64,000 nucleotides of DNA from contig CAVZSQ010000019.1 in assembly GCA_963777955.1 (NCBI GenBank), positions 288,001-352,000 of the forward strand. The letters run 5' to 3'. The notes beneath the pieces were generated by a model, which was not told the DNA's origin, ran no database searches, and saw only the letters and a program-made list of their open reading frames with translations. Every line of letters starts with the position of its first letter. Positions within the stretch are counted from its first letter, which is position 1. Source of the stretch: Calditrichia bacterium (GTDB lineage: Bacteria > Calditrichota > Calditrichia > JAJRVZ01). This document shows positions 1-9,674 of this stretch, one piece after another. A program made the position numbers and the translations under genes.

Positions 1-936
1 GATTTCATGATTGTGATGCTTCAGGTCATTAAAGAGATCCTGGAACCGCGGCGATTCAATATTATAACGGTAATGGATTCCTTCAAACATTTTCGTGAGA
101 AAAAAAAATGTCGCTTTCCATTTCCTCCTGCCGTAAAAATCCAGTAACTGTGGAAAACTCCAAACCTGGGCATCCTGCCGGTCCATTTCTGCTCTATTTT
201 TCTTTAACGTCTCCCGGTCTCCAAATATTTTTCTGATCAGGCCCGTACCCGTTTTCCAGGCACGTTTTTTGTAACTGACACTGCGGGTTAGATCGACATC
301 GTGAGTCAGGGCAACACCGTGCGACTCTCCTCCGGGCCAATTCATTACCCGTATGGCTGTCCTCTCATTTTCATTTATCTTCAGGCGGATCAACTGATCA
401 AAATACTCCAGCAGAACATCGACGACCGGAACATGCAATTGATTGTCCCGGGACAAAATAGAAGCGGAATAGTCAGCAGCGGTTTCCCTGGCTGAATGGC
501 GATCGTGCTCCTCAAAACGGCTGAGATGATAAAAGACATTTATGAATAAATCAAAACCGGTCAGCCAGATGGAAGCATCACTTTTACTATAATATCCGTA
601 CCGCTCATTTTCCTGCCAGCCACCCCCGGGCTGAACGTGCAGCCATTTACCCAGCACAGGAATAGAATATTCCCCGTAAGCAAAATTACGGATATCTCCC
701 TGAGCAGCCTGCAGATCATAAAACTGGCCGGAATTAAAAATATTTATGCCGGGAATATTTCCCGAAATCAACCGGGAATGATCCGCGGTATAGGAGATCA
801 GTACGCCAGATTCCTGGACCTGATCAAGGGTAGTTATAATTTTCCAGGGATAGCCCAATATGTTGCCTGCCAGCTGAACGATATATTCAAACCGGGTTTT
901 CTTTCCATGCTCCGGAATCAGAAAGTGTAATTTCAT
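1..936 (-). CDS. Polysaccharide deacetylase (CE4)-like protein, 3' end runs off the window
   Basis: Not in the ORF track because it has no stop inside the window. Manual translation from ATG 936: MKLHFLIPEHGKKTRFEY...FYHLSRFEE...PVVD...WPGGESHGVALTHDVD...KATFFF. THDVD is a CE4-type motif. ATGA overlap with the upstream gene. Confidence 0.7.
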   Translation of the reverse strand, partial: MKLHFLIPEHGKKTRFEYIVQLAGNILGYPWKIITTLDQVQESGVLISYTADHSRLISGNIPGINIFNSGQFYDLQAAQGDIRNFAYGEYSIPVLGKWLHVQPGGGWQENERYGYYSKSDASIWLTGFDLFINVFYHLSRFEEHDRHSARETAADYSASILSRDNQLHVPVVDVLLEYFDQLIRLKINENERTAIRVMNWPGGESHGVALTHDVDLTRSVSYKKRAWKTGTGLIRKIFGDRETLKKNRAEMDRQDAQVWSFPQLLDFYGRRKWKATFFFLTKMFEGIHYRYNIESPRFQDLFNDLKHHNHEI

Positions 937-1946
937 AACTTGCGCTTTCTTGACAGAAACGCTTTGCGAATTTTGAAAATTGAAGAGAAGGGAAAGCGCA
1001 GCGGCCTGGTGATTCGAAAACCATGTACCAGTTGCCCGCCGAAACTTCTCTTGAACTGTTCAATTTGTGGATGATCAGCACCTAAAAAATTAACCTTGAA
1101 ATCTTGGGCACAATACGATTCAAAAATATGCGCCAATAGATAGGCCGAGGCCAATCCTGATTCATCCGTACCCCCTGTCAACAGATCATAGATCATATTC
1201 CGGTCGACAACAATGATCCGGCCGTTGACAGTTTGATTCTGCAATTGCAGATAATACATTTTGACCTGCGGCAGCGCCAATAAATCGGGTAATAAATTGT
1301 GCAGAGTGCCCGCAGGTATCAGAGTCGTCAGACCGTGTCGTTGATAACTTGCCAGATATAATTTGATGAACTCAGCAGGATCGGTAGCGGCCATAACCTG
1401 AAAAGGCATTTCCCGGGCCTGGCGGATCTTCTTACGCAAACTACTGCTGAACCTTTCGGCCATTTTGTCGCGATCGTCCAAATCCAGTAAATAAGTATAC
1501 GCAGGTTCTATCGTGCAGTTGGCCCATTGGAAGGCGCGCAGGTCGGTCAGCAGATAAGAACTTTCCAGGATCCACAGGGGATATACCCGATTTAAATAGG
1601 TTATCAGCGTAGAATTTAATTTGGCATAATCAGCGATGGTCTTTTGTGGTTTTTCATTTTGCGGATTATAAAAAATTGGGCCGGAATAAGGATACAAGGC
1701 CAGCGGAGTGATTAAAGATTTTCCAAAACGATTGTGTTCAAAAACCAGACAACCCGCTGCCGCTTGATTATGCCAGTATATCAACAATATCCGGTACGGA
1801 CGCTGAAAATGTCTGGAAAGAATATCAGCCCAGCGGGTGGTATGAAAAAAGGTCCCTTGCGGCGATTGAGCGACAAATTCATCCCAGTGTGCATAATCCT
1901 GCTCAGGCAGAACAGATACTGTCAGCGATCGCAGATCTTCATCCAT
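933..1946 (-). CDS. GNAT/FemAB-like acyltransferase
   Basis: WDEFV..SPQGTFFH, YTYLLDL, RKKIRQA and NFLGAD..IEQFKRSFGG patterns are typical of FemAB-related GNAT proteins. Confidence 0.7.
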   Translation of the reverse strand: MDEDLRSLTVSVLPEQDYAHWDEFVAQSPQGTFFHTTRWADILSRHFQRPYRILLIYWHNQAAAGCLVFEHNRFGKSLITPLALYPYSGPIFYNPQNEKPQKTIADYAKLNSTLITYLNRVYPLWILESSYLLTDLRAFQWANCTIEPAYTYLLDLDDRDKMAERFSSSLRKKIRQAREMPFQVMAATDPAEFIKLYLASYQRHGLTTLIPAGTLHNLLPDLLALPQVKMYYLQLQNQTVNGRIIVVDRNMIYDLLTGGTDESGLASAYLLAHIFESYCAQDFKVNFLGADHPQIEQFKRSFGGQLVHGFRITRPLRFPFSSIFKIRKAFLSRKRKL

Positions 1947-1952
1947 ACTGGC

Positions 1953-2870
1953 TCAGGACCGGTTTAGCAGGGTTACAATAATCGCCTTTTGTACATGTAA
2001 ACGATTTTCAGCCTCATCCCAGACCACCGAGTTTGGGCCATCCAGGACGTCATCGGTGATTTCATCACCACGATGGGCCGGCAAACAATGCATGACCAGT
2101 GCCGTCGGTTTAGCATGCTGCATTAAGGCGCGATTGATCTGGTAGGGTTTGAATATTTTCTGCCTGGCCTTCGCTTCACTTTCCTGGCCCATCGAAGCCC
2201 ATACATCGGTATAGACCACATCGGCATTCTTTACCGCAGCCTGCGGTTCCCGGAGAACCTCGATCGAACTGACGCCCTGTTTACGCGCATATTGCAAAGT
2301 CTTCTGATCCGGTTCATAATCCGCGGGAGAACAGATGACCAGCTGCATAGGAATTTTAGCTGCCAGATTGATCCAGGAATTGGCTACATTATTTCCGTCG
2401 CCTACGTAAGTAATCTTCAGGTCATGCAGATGCTGGCGGTGCTCCAGTACCGTATAAATGTCGGCCATGATCTGGCAGGGATGATTATAATCGGTCAAGC
2501 CGTTGATTACCGGTACCGCTGAGTATTCGGCAAGTTCCAGGATGTGTTGATGATCAAACAACCGGGCCATGATAATATCATTGTAACGGGAAATAACCCG
2601 GGCAATATCTTTCACCGCTTCCCGTTTACCAATACCGATATCATTAGGTGAAAGGTACAAAGCGTATCCTCCTAATTGATACATGCCGGTTTCGAAGGAG
2701 ATGCGCGTTCGGGCCGAAGGTTTGGCAAAGATCATCGCCATACTTTTACCTTTGCACAACTGCTGATCTGCACCGCTTTTGGTTTTTTCCTTTAACTCCC
2801 GGGTAAGATTGAAGATTTCTTCAATTTCTGTTTTACTGTAATCGGCAATAGATATAAAATCACGCTTCAC
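1953..2870 (-). CDS. argF: Ornithine carbamoyltransferase
   Basis: KPSARTR, HPCQ, YTDVWASMGQE, MHCLPAHRG and EAENRLH motifs. GTG start with GGAG RBS. Confidence 0.95.
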   Translation of the reverse strand: MKRDFISIADYSKTEIEEIFNLTRELKEKTKSGADQQLCKGKSMAMIFAKPSARTRISFETGMYQLGGYALYLSPNDIGIGKREAVKDIARVISRYNDIIMARLFDHQHILELAEYSAVPVINGLTDYNHPCQIMADIYTVLEHRQHLHDLKITYVGDGNNVANSWINLAAKIPMQLVICSPADYEPDQKTLQYARKQGVSSIEVLREPQAAVKNADVVYTDVWASMGQESEAKARQKIFKPYQINRALMQHAKPTALVMHCLPAHRGDEITDDVLDGPNSVVWDEAENRLHVQKAIIVTLLNRS

Positions 2871-2935
2871 TTGTCACTCCTCAGATTATTGACTGACTGA
2901 AACTAAACCAGGTATTGATAATATAAAGTTATTGA

Positions 2936-4294
2936 TCAGAGAATGTATTTGCTTAAGTCTTCATCAGCGACAATATACTCCAGCTTATGCTTGACCATTT
3001 CCGCATCCACATTAATTGTTGCTTGCCCTGACTCCGGCAATTTAAACAGGATTTCTTCCAGTAAATTCGTCATAATCGTATGCAAGCGGCGGGCACCGAT
3101 ATTTTCGGTCTTGGAATTGACCAGGGTGGCGATACGGGCAATTTCGCGGATGGCCTCCTGGTTGAATGTTAATTTTACATTTTCAGTTTCCAGCAGTGCG
3201 GTGTACTGTTTGATCAGGGCATTTTCCGGTTCGGTCAGAATACGCACAAAATCATTTTCACTCAGGCTCTTTAATTCTACCCGGATAGGAAAACGTCCCT
3301 GCAGTTCCGGGATCAGGTCGGAAGGTTTGGCCACATGAAAAGCGCCCGAGGCGATAAAGAGAATATGATCGGTCTTGACCACCCCATATTTTGTGACCAC
3401 CGATGTTCCTTCCACCACCGGCAGCAGATCCCGCTGCACACCTTCACGGGAAACATCAGGTCCATACTTACCGCCGCTGCTGCTGGTAATTTTATCGATT
3501 TCATCCAGAAACACAATACCGGAATTCTCCACCCGGTCTTTTGCTTCCCGGATAACCTCCTCCATATCGATCAATTTCTGCGCTTCCTGCTGGGTCAGGA
3601 TTTTCAATGCTTCAGGAATTGTGGTTTTACGTTTTTTTAGTTTCTTGGGCATCATACCGCCGAAAATTTCCTGCAGATTCAGACCCATTTCTTCGATACC
3701 ACCCGGCGAAAATATCTGCATCATGGGCAGGGAATCGGATTGGATATCGATTTCGACCTGACGATCGTCCATCTTCCCTTCCAGCAGTTGTGAACGTAAT
3801 TTTTCCCTGGTTCGCTGGTATCGTAATTCCGGTTCATCCCCTTCCTCCATCTCGCCGACGGCTTTCTGTTTTTTGGACAGGGGCGGTAACAGGATATCTA
3901 AAAGTTTTTCAACAGCTATTTCATGTGCCTTATTTTCCACACTGCTGGTTTTTTGCTCACGTACCATCTGGATGCTGATATCCATCAGATCACGGATGAT
4001 CGATTCCACGTCACGACCGACATACCCCACTTCAGTGAATTTGGAAGCCTCAACTTTTATAAAGGCTGCATCGGCTAAATGAGCTAAGCGGCGGGATATC
4101 TCCGTTTTACCCACTCCGGTGGGACCGATCAGGATGATATTATTCGGCATTATTTCTTCACGGATTTTACCCTGTACCTGCTGCCGGCGCCAGCGGTTAC
4201 GCATGGCAATGGCTACCGATTTTTTAGCTTCATCCTGGCCAATAATATATTTATCCAGTTCTTTTACAATTTGAATAGGTGTCAGTTCTTTCAT
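2936..4294 (-). CDS. hslU: ATP-dependent protease ATPase subunit HslU
   Basis: [46 protein letters not shown]. Confidence 0.98.
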   Translation of the reverse strand: MKELTPIQIVKELDKYIIGQDEAKKSVAIAMRNRWRRQQVQGKIREEIMPNNIILIGPTGVGKTEISRRLAHLADAAFIKVEASKFTEVGYVGRDVESIIRDLMDISIQMVREQKTSSVENKAHEIAVEKLLDILLPPLSKKQKAVGEMEEGDEPELRYQRTREKLRSQLLEGKMDDRQVEIDIQSDSLPMMQIFSPGGIEEMGLNLQEIFGGMMPKKLKKRKTTIPEALKILTQQEAQKLIDMEEVIREAKDRVENSGIVFLDEIDKITSSSGGKYGPDVSREGVQRDLLPVVEGTSVVTKYGVVKTDHILFIASGAFHVAKPSDLIPELQGRFPIRVELKSLSENDFVRILTEPENALIKQYTALLETENVKLTFNQEAIREIARIATLVNSKTENIGARRLHTIMTNLLEEILFKLPESGQATINVDAEMVKHKLEYIVADEDLSKYIL

Positions 4295-4309
4295 CCGGAC
4301 AATAATCCC

Positions 4310-4855
4310 CTACAATGTTTCAACAATAATATTTTGATTGGTATAAATACAAATTTCCGCCGCAATCTGTAAAGATTCACGGGCTATCTCTGCTGCGCCC
4401 AGGTTGGAATATTTTATCAAACTGCGGGCCGCCGCCAGTGCATAATTCCCACCTGAACCGATCGCAATAATACCATCGTCCGGTTCAATCACATCCCCTG
4501 TACCGGAAACCAGGTAGGTATTCTGTTTATCCATAATTGCCAGCATCGCTTCCAGTCGCCGCAGGTACTTATCGGTACGCCAGTCTTTGGCCAGTTCCAC
4601 CACTACCTTTGGCAAATTCCCGGAAAAACGTTCCAGCTTTTCCTCGAAGCGTTCGAAAAGAGTGAAGGCATCGGCTGCAGCACCCGCAAATCCGGCCAGG
4701 ATGGAATTATTATGGATTTTGCGGATCTTTTTTGATTTTTGTTTGACAATAGCCTGGCCCAGGGTAACCTGCCCATCACCGCCCATCGCTACCTGCCCTT
4801 TATGGCGGACACCGATAATCGTCGTGCTGTAAAATTTAAATTCATTTTCAATCAT
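4310..4855 (-). CDS. hslV: ATP-dependent protease peptidase subunit HslV
   Basis: STTII N-terminal Thr nucleophile, [24 protein letters not shown]. Confidence 0.97.
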   Translation of the reverse strand: MIENEFKFYSTTIIGVRHKGQVAMGGDGQVTLGQAIVKQKSKKIRKIHNNSILAGFAGAAADAFTLFERFEEKLERFSGNLPKVVVELAKDWRTDKYLRRLEAMLAIMDKQNTYLVSGTGDVIEPDDGIIAIGSGGNYALAAARSLIKYSNLGAAEIARESLQIAAEICIYTNQNIIVETL

Positions 4856-4864
4856 ATTATCTTC

Positions 4865-6340
4865 TCATAGTTTCTTTCTAAGTCTGGCCACGGGAATATT
4901 CAGTTGCTCGCGGTATTTTGCCACTGTACGCCGGGCTACCGGAAAACCTTCACTCAGCAGGATTGCCGAAATTTTTTCATCGCTCAACGGCTTTTTGGGA
5001 CTCTCTTTTTCAATCATTTCCAGAATACGATTTTTAATCCGCCTCGTGGAAATTTCCTCCCCGCTGTCGGTTTCAATTTTTTCGTTGAAAAAATATTTCA
5101 ACTCAAAAACACCGTAATCGGTCTGAACATATTTGCCATTGACCACCCGGCTGATAGTCGATATATCCATATTGATCATTTCGGCAATTTCACGCATGAT
5201 CAGCGGCTTGATATGTTCCGGACCTCTGGCAAAAAAATCGTATTGCCGCTGCAGAATCGAACGCATCACATTAAGCATAGTGATTTTACGCTGATAAATG
5301 GAAGTAATAAACCAGCGGGCTGACTCAATTTTTTTGCGGATATATTGCTTGGTCTCTTTATCGATTTTATTGCGGCTGCGCAGCAGATCCTTATAGGTTT
5401 TATTAATACGCAGGGGGGGTATATTCCAATCGTGGAGAGTAACCACAAACTCATTATCCACCTTTTCTACCAGGAAATCCGGGACAATGTAATTATGCTT
5501 GCTGTTGTAGATCCCCTCGCCAGGTTTGGGATTGAGCCGGCCGATATATTCGCTGGCTCCGCGCAGCGCCGCTTCGTCGATATTCAAATCAGCGACAATT
5601 TTATCATAGCGTTTGTTTTTAAAATCATCGAAATGCCGGTCGATAATGGTCAGTGCCAGTTCCGGCCGGTCTTCAGCGGCCTGCACCTGCACCAGCAGGC
5701 ACTCCCGCAGATTCCGGGCAGCGATACCGACCGGATCAAAAAATTGAATTTTCTTCAGGACCGTCTCGACCATTTTTTCGGTGCAGTCAAAAATATTAGC
5801 CACATTTTCCACGGTCACCACTTCATCCAGATAACCGTCATCCCGCAGATTGAGGATCAGATATTCGCCTATTTTTTGCTCGAGAGGATCCAGTGATATA
5901 AAATTCAATTGCTCCAGCAGGTGATCGGTCATGGTTTCGGTCACAATTTCCGGACGTTCATAATCTTCTTCATTCTTGTCCCGCGGCAACCGGATTTCAT
6001 AAGAATCCTCGTCATTGATTATATTATCCCAATCGGCATCCTCCTGTGCAGCCGCAAGTTCCTTTACGTCCAGATCGGTCTTATCTTTCTGCGAGTCGGT
6101 TAATTCTATTTCCTTACGTACTTCATTCTCTTCTTCGCTGACAGGATCGCTTGACTCGCCTGCCTCAGCAGGCTGCTCCGCTTCCTCTTCCAGCCCTTCT
6201 TCCAGTACCGGATTCATCTCCAGTTCATTCTGGATTTTTTGTTCCAAATTGAGGATAGGCAATTGCAGCAGGGTCGACAACAGTATTTGTTGCGGCGAAA
6301 GGCGCTGCTCCAGGCGCATTGTTTGAGATAATTGTACCAT
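4865..6340 (-). CDS. rpoN: RNA polymerase sigma-54 factor
   Basis: Gln/Leu-rich region I, STISRVVNGKY and the RpoN box ARRTVAKYRE. Confidence 0.98.
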   Translation of the reverse strand: MVQLSQTMRLEQRLSPQQILLSTLLQLPILNLEQKIQNELEMNPVLEEGLEEEAEQPAEAGESSDPVSEEENEVRKEIELTDSQKDKTDLDVKELAAAQEDADWDNIINDEDSYEIRLPRDKNEEDYERPEIVTETMTDHLLEQLNFISLDPLEQKIGEYLILNLRDDGYLDEVVTVENVANIFDCTEKMVETVLKKIQFFDPVGIAARNLRECLLVQVQAAEDRPELALTIIDRHFDDFKNKRYDKIVADLNIDEAALRGASEYIGRLNPKPGEGIYNSKHNYIVPDFLVEKVDNEFVVTLHDWNIPPLRINKTYKDLLRSRNKIDKETKQYIRKKIESARWFITSIYQRKITMLNVMRSILQRQYDFFARGPEHIKPLIMREIAEMINMDISTISRVVNGKYVQTDYGVFELKYFFNEKIETDSGEEISTRRIKNRILEMIEKESPKKPLSDEKISAILLSEGFPVARRTVAKYREQLNIPVARLRKKL

Positions 6341-6370
6341 TTTTTAAAAATCAGTTAAAGTTCAAATGTT

Positions 6371-6386
6371 TGGCACGATTTATGTA
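6371..6386 (+). promoter_or_regulatory. Sigma54-type -24/-12 site facing away from rpoN
   Basis: TGGCACGATTTATGTA versus consensus TGGCACG-N4-TTGCW (GT at -12), about 30 nt upstream of the rpoN ATG. Confidence 0.5.
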
Positions 6387-6514
6387 TCAAAATAAAGATT
6401 TAAAAAAATTTATTCAAGGGAAAAGATATCTCAAAATATATTTTTCCCGCATCAGTTTTTATGGTTATAACACTGTACCACCATTTAAGATTTTAAATTT
6501 AAGCTCTTTAATAA

Positions 6515-6530
6515 TACAAATATCATGCCA
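6515..6530 (-). promoter_or_regulatory. Sigma54-type -24/-12 site facing rpoN
   Basis: Minus strand reads TGGCATGATATTTGTA. Confidence 0.5.
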
Positions 6531-6645
6531 GGCCAAGGACAGAAAGGGTTGGTAATTTAGAATCGGTAAAATATTTTTCATAAATAAGAATTCTAAATAT
6601 AACCTACAGACATTAAATTCTAATGAACGGTCAGAAGAGTCTGAT

Positions 6646-7335
6646 ATGTCTCAAAAACGAAATAAACAGATAATTATCCTGTTATTAATCCTGAAATTTT
6701 CTTTTCCGATTAATAGTGCCGCAGAGCAGCCCTCCATTCACACTACAATCACCAGCACGGTTGTTTTTCTCAGCGATACGCAGAGTCCTATATGGTTTGA
6801 ATCGTGGTTACTCAAACGTAATAAAAATGATCAGGCCCGGGAAATAATTTTTAATGATATTATTAGACAGAAACCTCAGGCAGTTTTTCATTTAGGGGAT
6901 TTAGTTGCCAGGGGATATTCATCCCGGCAATGGTCAGTTATTGACTCCTTTACCAGCAAATTACGAGTCCTGAATATGCCTTTTTATCCAATCCCGGGGA
7001 ACCATGAGTATTTCCTGTTAGCGGCAAAAGGTATCGCTAATTTTCAACAACGTTTTCCTTCTGCCTGTCTAACCGGCTATTCAATAAAAATTAATAGGTT
7101 GGCCGTAATTCGGATCAACTCCAATTTTTCCAGGATGTCCGAGAATGAAATATCTACCCAGCAATCTTGGTATCAACAAAAACTGAACGAATATTCGCAG
7201 GATACTACGGTCACTTCCATTATCGTGGGTTGCCATCACTCCCCGTATACCAACAGCCGGATTGTCTCAGCAAATGAGAAAGTACAGGGGATAATTCTGC
7301 CCGCTTTTTTTAAAAATGTTAACTGCAAATTTTAA
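6646..7335 (+). pseudogene. Secreted calcineurin-like metallophosphoesterase, C-terminally truncated
   Basis: Signal-like N-terminus with SDTQ, HLGDLV, PGNHE and HHSPY motifs. It stops before the final GHxH motif. Confidence 0.6.
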
Positions 7336-7549
7336 ATGCAGACTTCACACAGTTTGAACCTGAGTACGTCATCACCATCCCTGATTGAGCTTCTTTAAGC
7401 CGGCCAGTATTTATTTTTGCCTGGAGAAATGCCGGTAGAGCAACCAGGTTAGTATGAACGATATTAACAGAATTGTCCCCGGAATAATTATACCCAGGAC
7501 AGGATGCCCAATCCGTCCGGCTGTCTGCAGCGTGATAAATCCGATCATT

Positions 7550-7654
7550 TTATTTTGCCTTTTCTTGCTGTTGATGCCTGCGGCGATAGGTAAGCCAGGC
7601 CAGTATTAAGCCCAGAAACGAAGCCAGGTATGCGATGGACATACCCAGCACCAT
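7550..7654 (-). CDS. 34-aa single-pass membrane microprotein
   Basis: Manual translation MVLGMSIAYLASFLGLILAWLTYRRRHQQQEKAK*: a hydrophobic helix followed by a basic tail. AAAGGT upstream; starts 14 nt after the previous stop. Confidence 0.55.
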   Translation of the reverse strand: MVLGMSIAYLASFLGLILAWLTYRRRHQQQEKAK

Positions 7655-7668
7655 GGTTAGACCTTTTG

Positions 7669-7965
7669 TCACTTTGATTCCTCCCAGCGGACTTTTTTCT
7701 CCAATTCTTCCAGATAGCCCTTCTGTTGTTTCTCATAATCAGCCGAAATTTTTTTTAACTTTGGATCAATCACCCAGTGCATGAAAATCGTGAAGATTAC
7801 TCCCAGAATCAAAATCACATATCCGTACCACAACAACAAAAAACTCAATCCTGTACCCACCATCAGAAAGGCATAGGCCAGTACCGATGCTACAATAGTG
7901 ATCCAATCTTCCTTGGTCCACTGGTCAGCGTCATGAGCTGTCCAGTTTCTGCGTATTTTAAACAT
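7669..7965 (-). CDS. Small two-TM membrane protein (98 aa)
   Basis: AGGAG RBS before ATG 7965. Two hydrophobic helices and a charged C-terminal helix; starts 1 nt after the symporter stop. Confidence 0.75.
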   Translation of the reverse strand: MFKIRRNWTAHDADQWTKEDWITIVASVLAYAFLMVGTGLSFLLLWYGYVILILGVIFTIFMHWVIDPKLKKISADYEKQQKGYLEELEKKVRWEESK

Positions 7966-7966
7966 A

Positions 7967-9562
7967 TCACATCTCCTGCCCTGACGATAAAACAGCAACC
8001 AGTAAACCTCTCTTTTCTGCTTCACGGCGAACCGGTGCCCACCAGCCGATTGGCCGCGACATCACATAATATTTTACCAGATGATCCATATTCTCCGGTT
8101 TAGTCAGGAAGGTAACCGGCAGATAAATCAAGGCACCCAGGATCATTAATAACCAGAATTGCTGGTAATCCGCTAACTCGGGCAGCAGACCAAATTCCGG
8201 TAAAATCCATACCACCAGCCAGCTCAGTCCCAGATTGGCGATCCAGGCTGACAGATAACCCCAGGCATTAAAACGCCACCAGACCACTTGCAGAATATTC
8301 GGCAACCAGATTCCGGCCGCCATAATCCATAAAGCGAAAATTAACCAGGAGGTAATCTCCTCCATCATCAGACCGTAATAGAAGGAACCTATCAGCAGGA
8401 TTAAAGTGGCAATCCGGCCCACCCAGATCAATTCCCGCTGTTTTGCCTGCGGTCTGAAATAGTGGTGATATAAATCCCGTGTGGCGTACATTGCACCCAG
8501 ATTCAAATGAGTGGCAATAGTAGAAATATGAATAGCGATAATCGCCGCGAAGAAGAATCCTATCATCCCCGCCGGCAAATAATCGAAGCCCAGCCGGAAC
8601 CAGCCCATCTCATAATCCGCGGCATTCGTAAGTCCGGGACTGATTACGTAGAAGCCCAGAATGGCCGCCGCCCAGATGGAATTACGGGTAAGCACAAACA
8701 CGGTCCCCCACCAGATACTGTAACTGGCATCCCGAATGGTCCGGTTCGATTGGATGCGCTGTGCCTCCACATACCAGTCAATACTGGTACCCATTCCGAA
8801 GCCCCCCAGTATGGCAATGACCAGCATGGTAATAAACCAGGCCACAGGAAAATTGCCGCTGAACCACCCTGTAAAACCGAAGGGGTTTAAGCGCCATCCT
8901 TCGCCCATCTCAACCAGCTTGCTGACGATATGTGTGGGGCCGCCGGCGGCAATGATGCCCCAGACCGAAACGATCAGGATCACCGCAAAAGCGATCACAC
9001 CCTGCTGGAAATCAGCCATCACCACACCCCAGTAACCGGCTGCCAGTACATAAATGGCACAAATGGATGAGAAGAGTATCAGGCCTATCCACTCATCCCA
9101 ACCGAAAATATAATGGCAGACCTTACCCATGGCAATTCCAACCCAACCCAGGATAAACATATTCATGAACACCTGCCAGCCCGAAATCCAGCCGCGCAAC
9201 ATTTCCGCACCTAATCCGCCAAAACGCAGGGTATTCCATTCCGCCTGCGTATAGGCCAGCGAGCGTCTGAATATCCGGGTAGAGACGAAAGCGCTGATCG
9301 CACACCAGGCCGAAAAAAATGTATACCAGATTCCGGCAAAACCATACCGGTAGATAACTCCGCTAACCCACATGGGGGTATCGGTGGCCGTGTGCGTGGC
9401 ATAAACCGATGAGGCTGGAAGCCACCAGGGTAATCCCCGTCCGGCCAGAAAAAAATCGGATTCTGATCTCTTACCCAGGCGGTAGAATAAAACACCGCAA
9501 CCGGTCATCAGGATTAGAAACAGGATAACCCATAACCAGTCGAGGAATCCAAATTGAACCAT
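7967..9562 (-). CDS. Sodium:solute symporter family transporter
   Basis: DFFLAGRGLPWW, ISTIATHLNLGAMYATRDLY, WWRFNAWG; about 13-14 hydrophobic segments; GGAGG RBS. Confidence 0.9.
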   Translation of the reverse strand: MVQFGFLDWLWVILFLILMTGCGVLFYRLGKRSESDFFLAGRGLPWWLPASSVYATHTATDTPMWVSGVIYRYGFAGIWYTFFSAWCAISAFVSTRIFRRSLAYTQAEWNTLRFGGLGAEMLRGWISGWQVFMNMFILGWVGIAMGKVCHYIFGWDEWIGLILFSSICAIYVLAAGYWGVVMADFQQGVIAFAVILIVSVWGIIAAGGPTHIVSKLVEMGEGWRLNPFGFTGWFSGNFPVAWFITMLVIAILGGFGMGTSIDWYVEAQRIQSNRTIRDASYSIWWGTVFVLTRNSIWAAAILGFYVISPGLTNAADYEMGWFRLGFDYLPAGMIGFFFAAIIAIHISTIATHLNLGAMYATRDLYHHYFRPQAKQRELIWVGRIATLILLIGSFYYGLMMEEITSWLIFALWIMAAGIWLPNILQVVWWRFNAWGYLSAWIANLGLSWLVVWILPEFGLLPELADYQQFWLLMILGALIYLPVTFLTKPENMDHLVKYYVMSRPIGWWAPVRREAEKRGLLVAVLSSGQEM

Positions 9563-9674
9563 GCCCTCCTCCCTTCAGGGCCAAAGTAAATCATGATTTC
9601 ACCAGGTGGTGGCAGCGACTTCGCCTGGAATTCATTCATAATGACCGGGCTTGAAAAAAATATCAGTGATTTTA

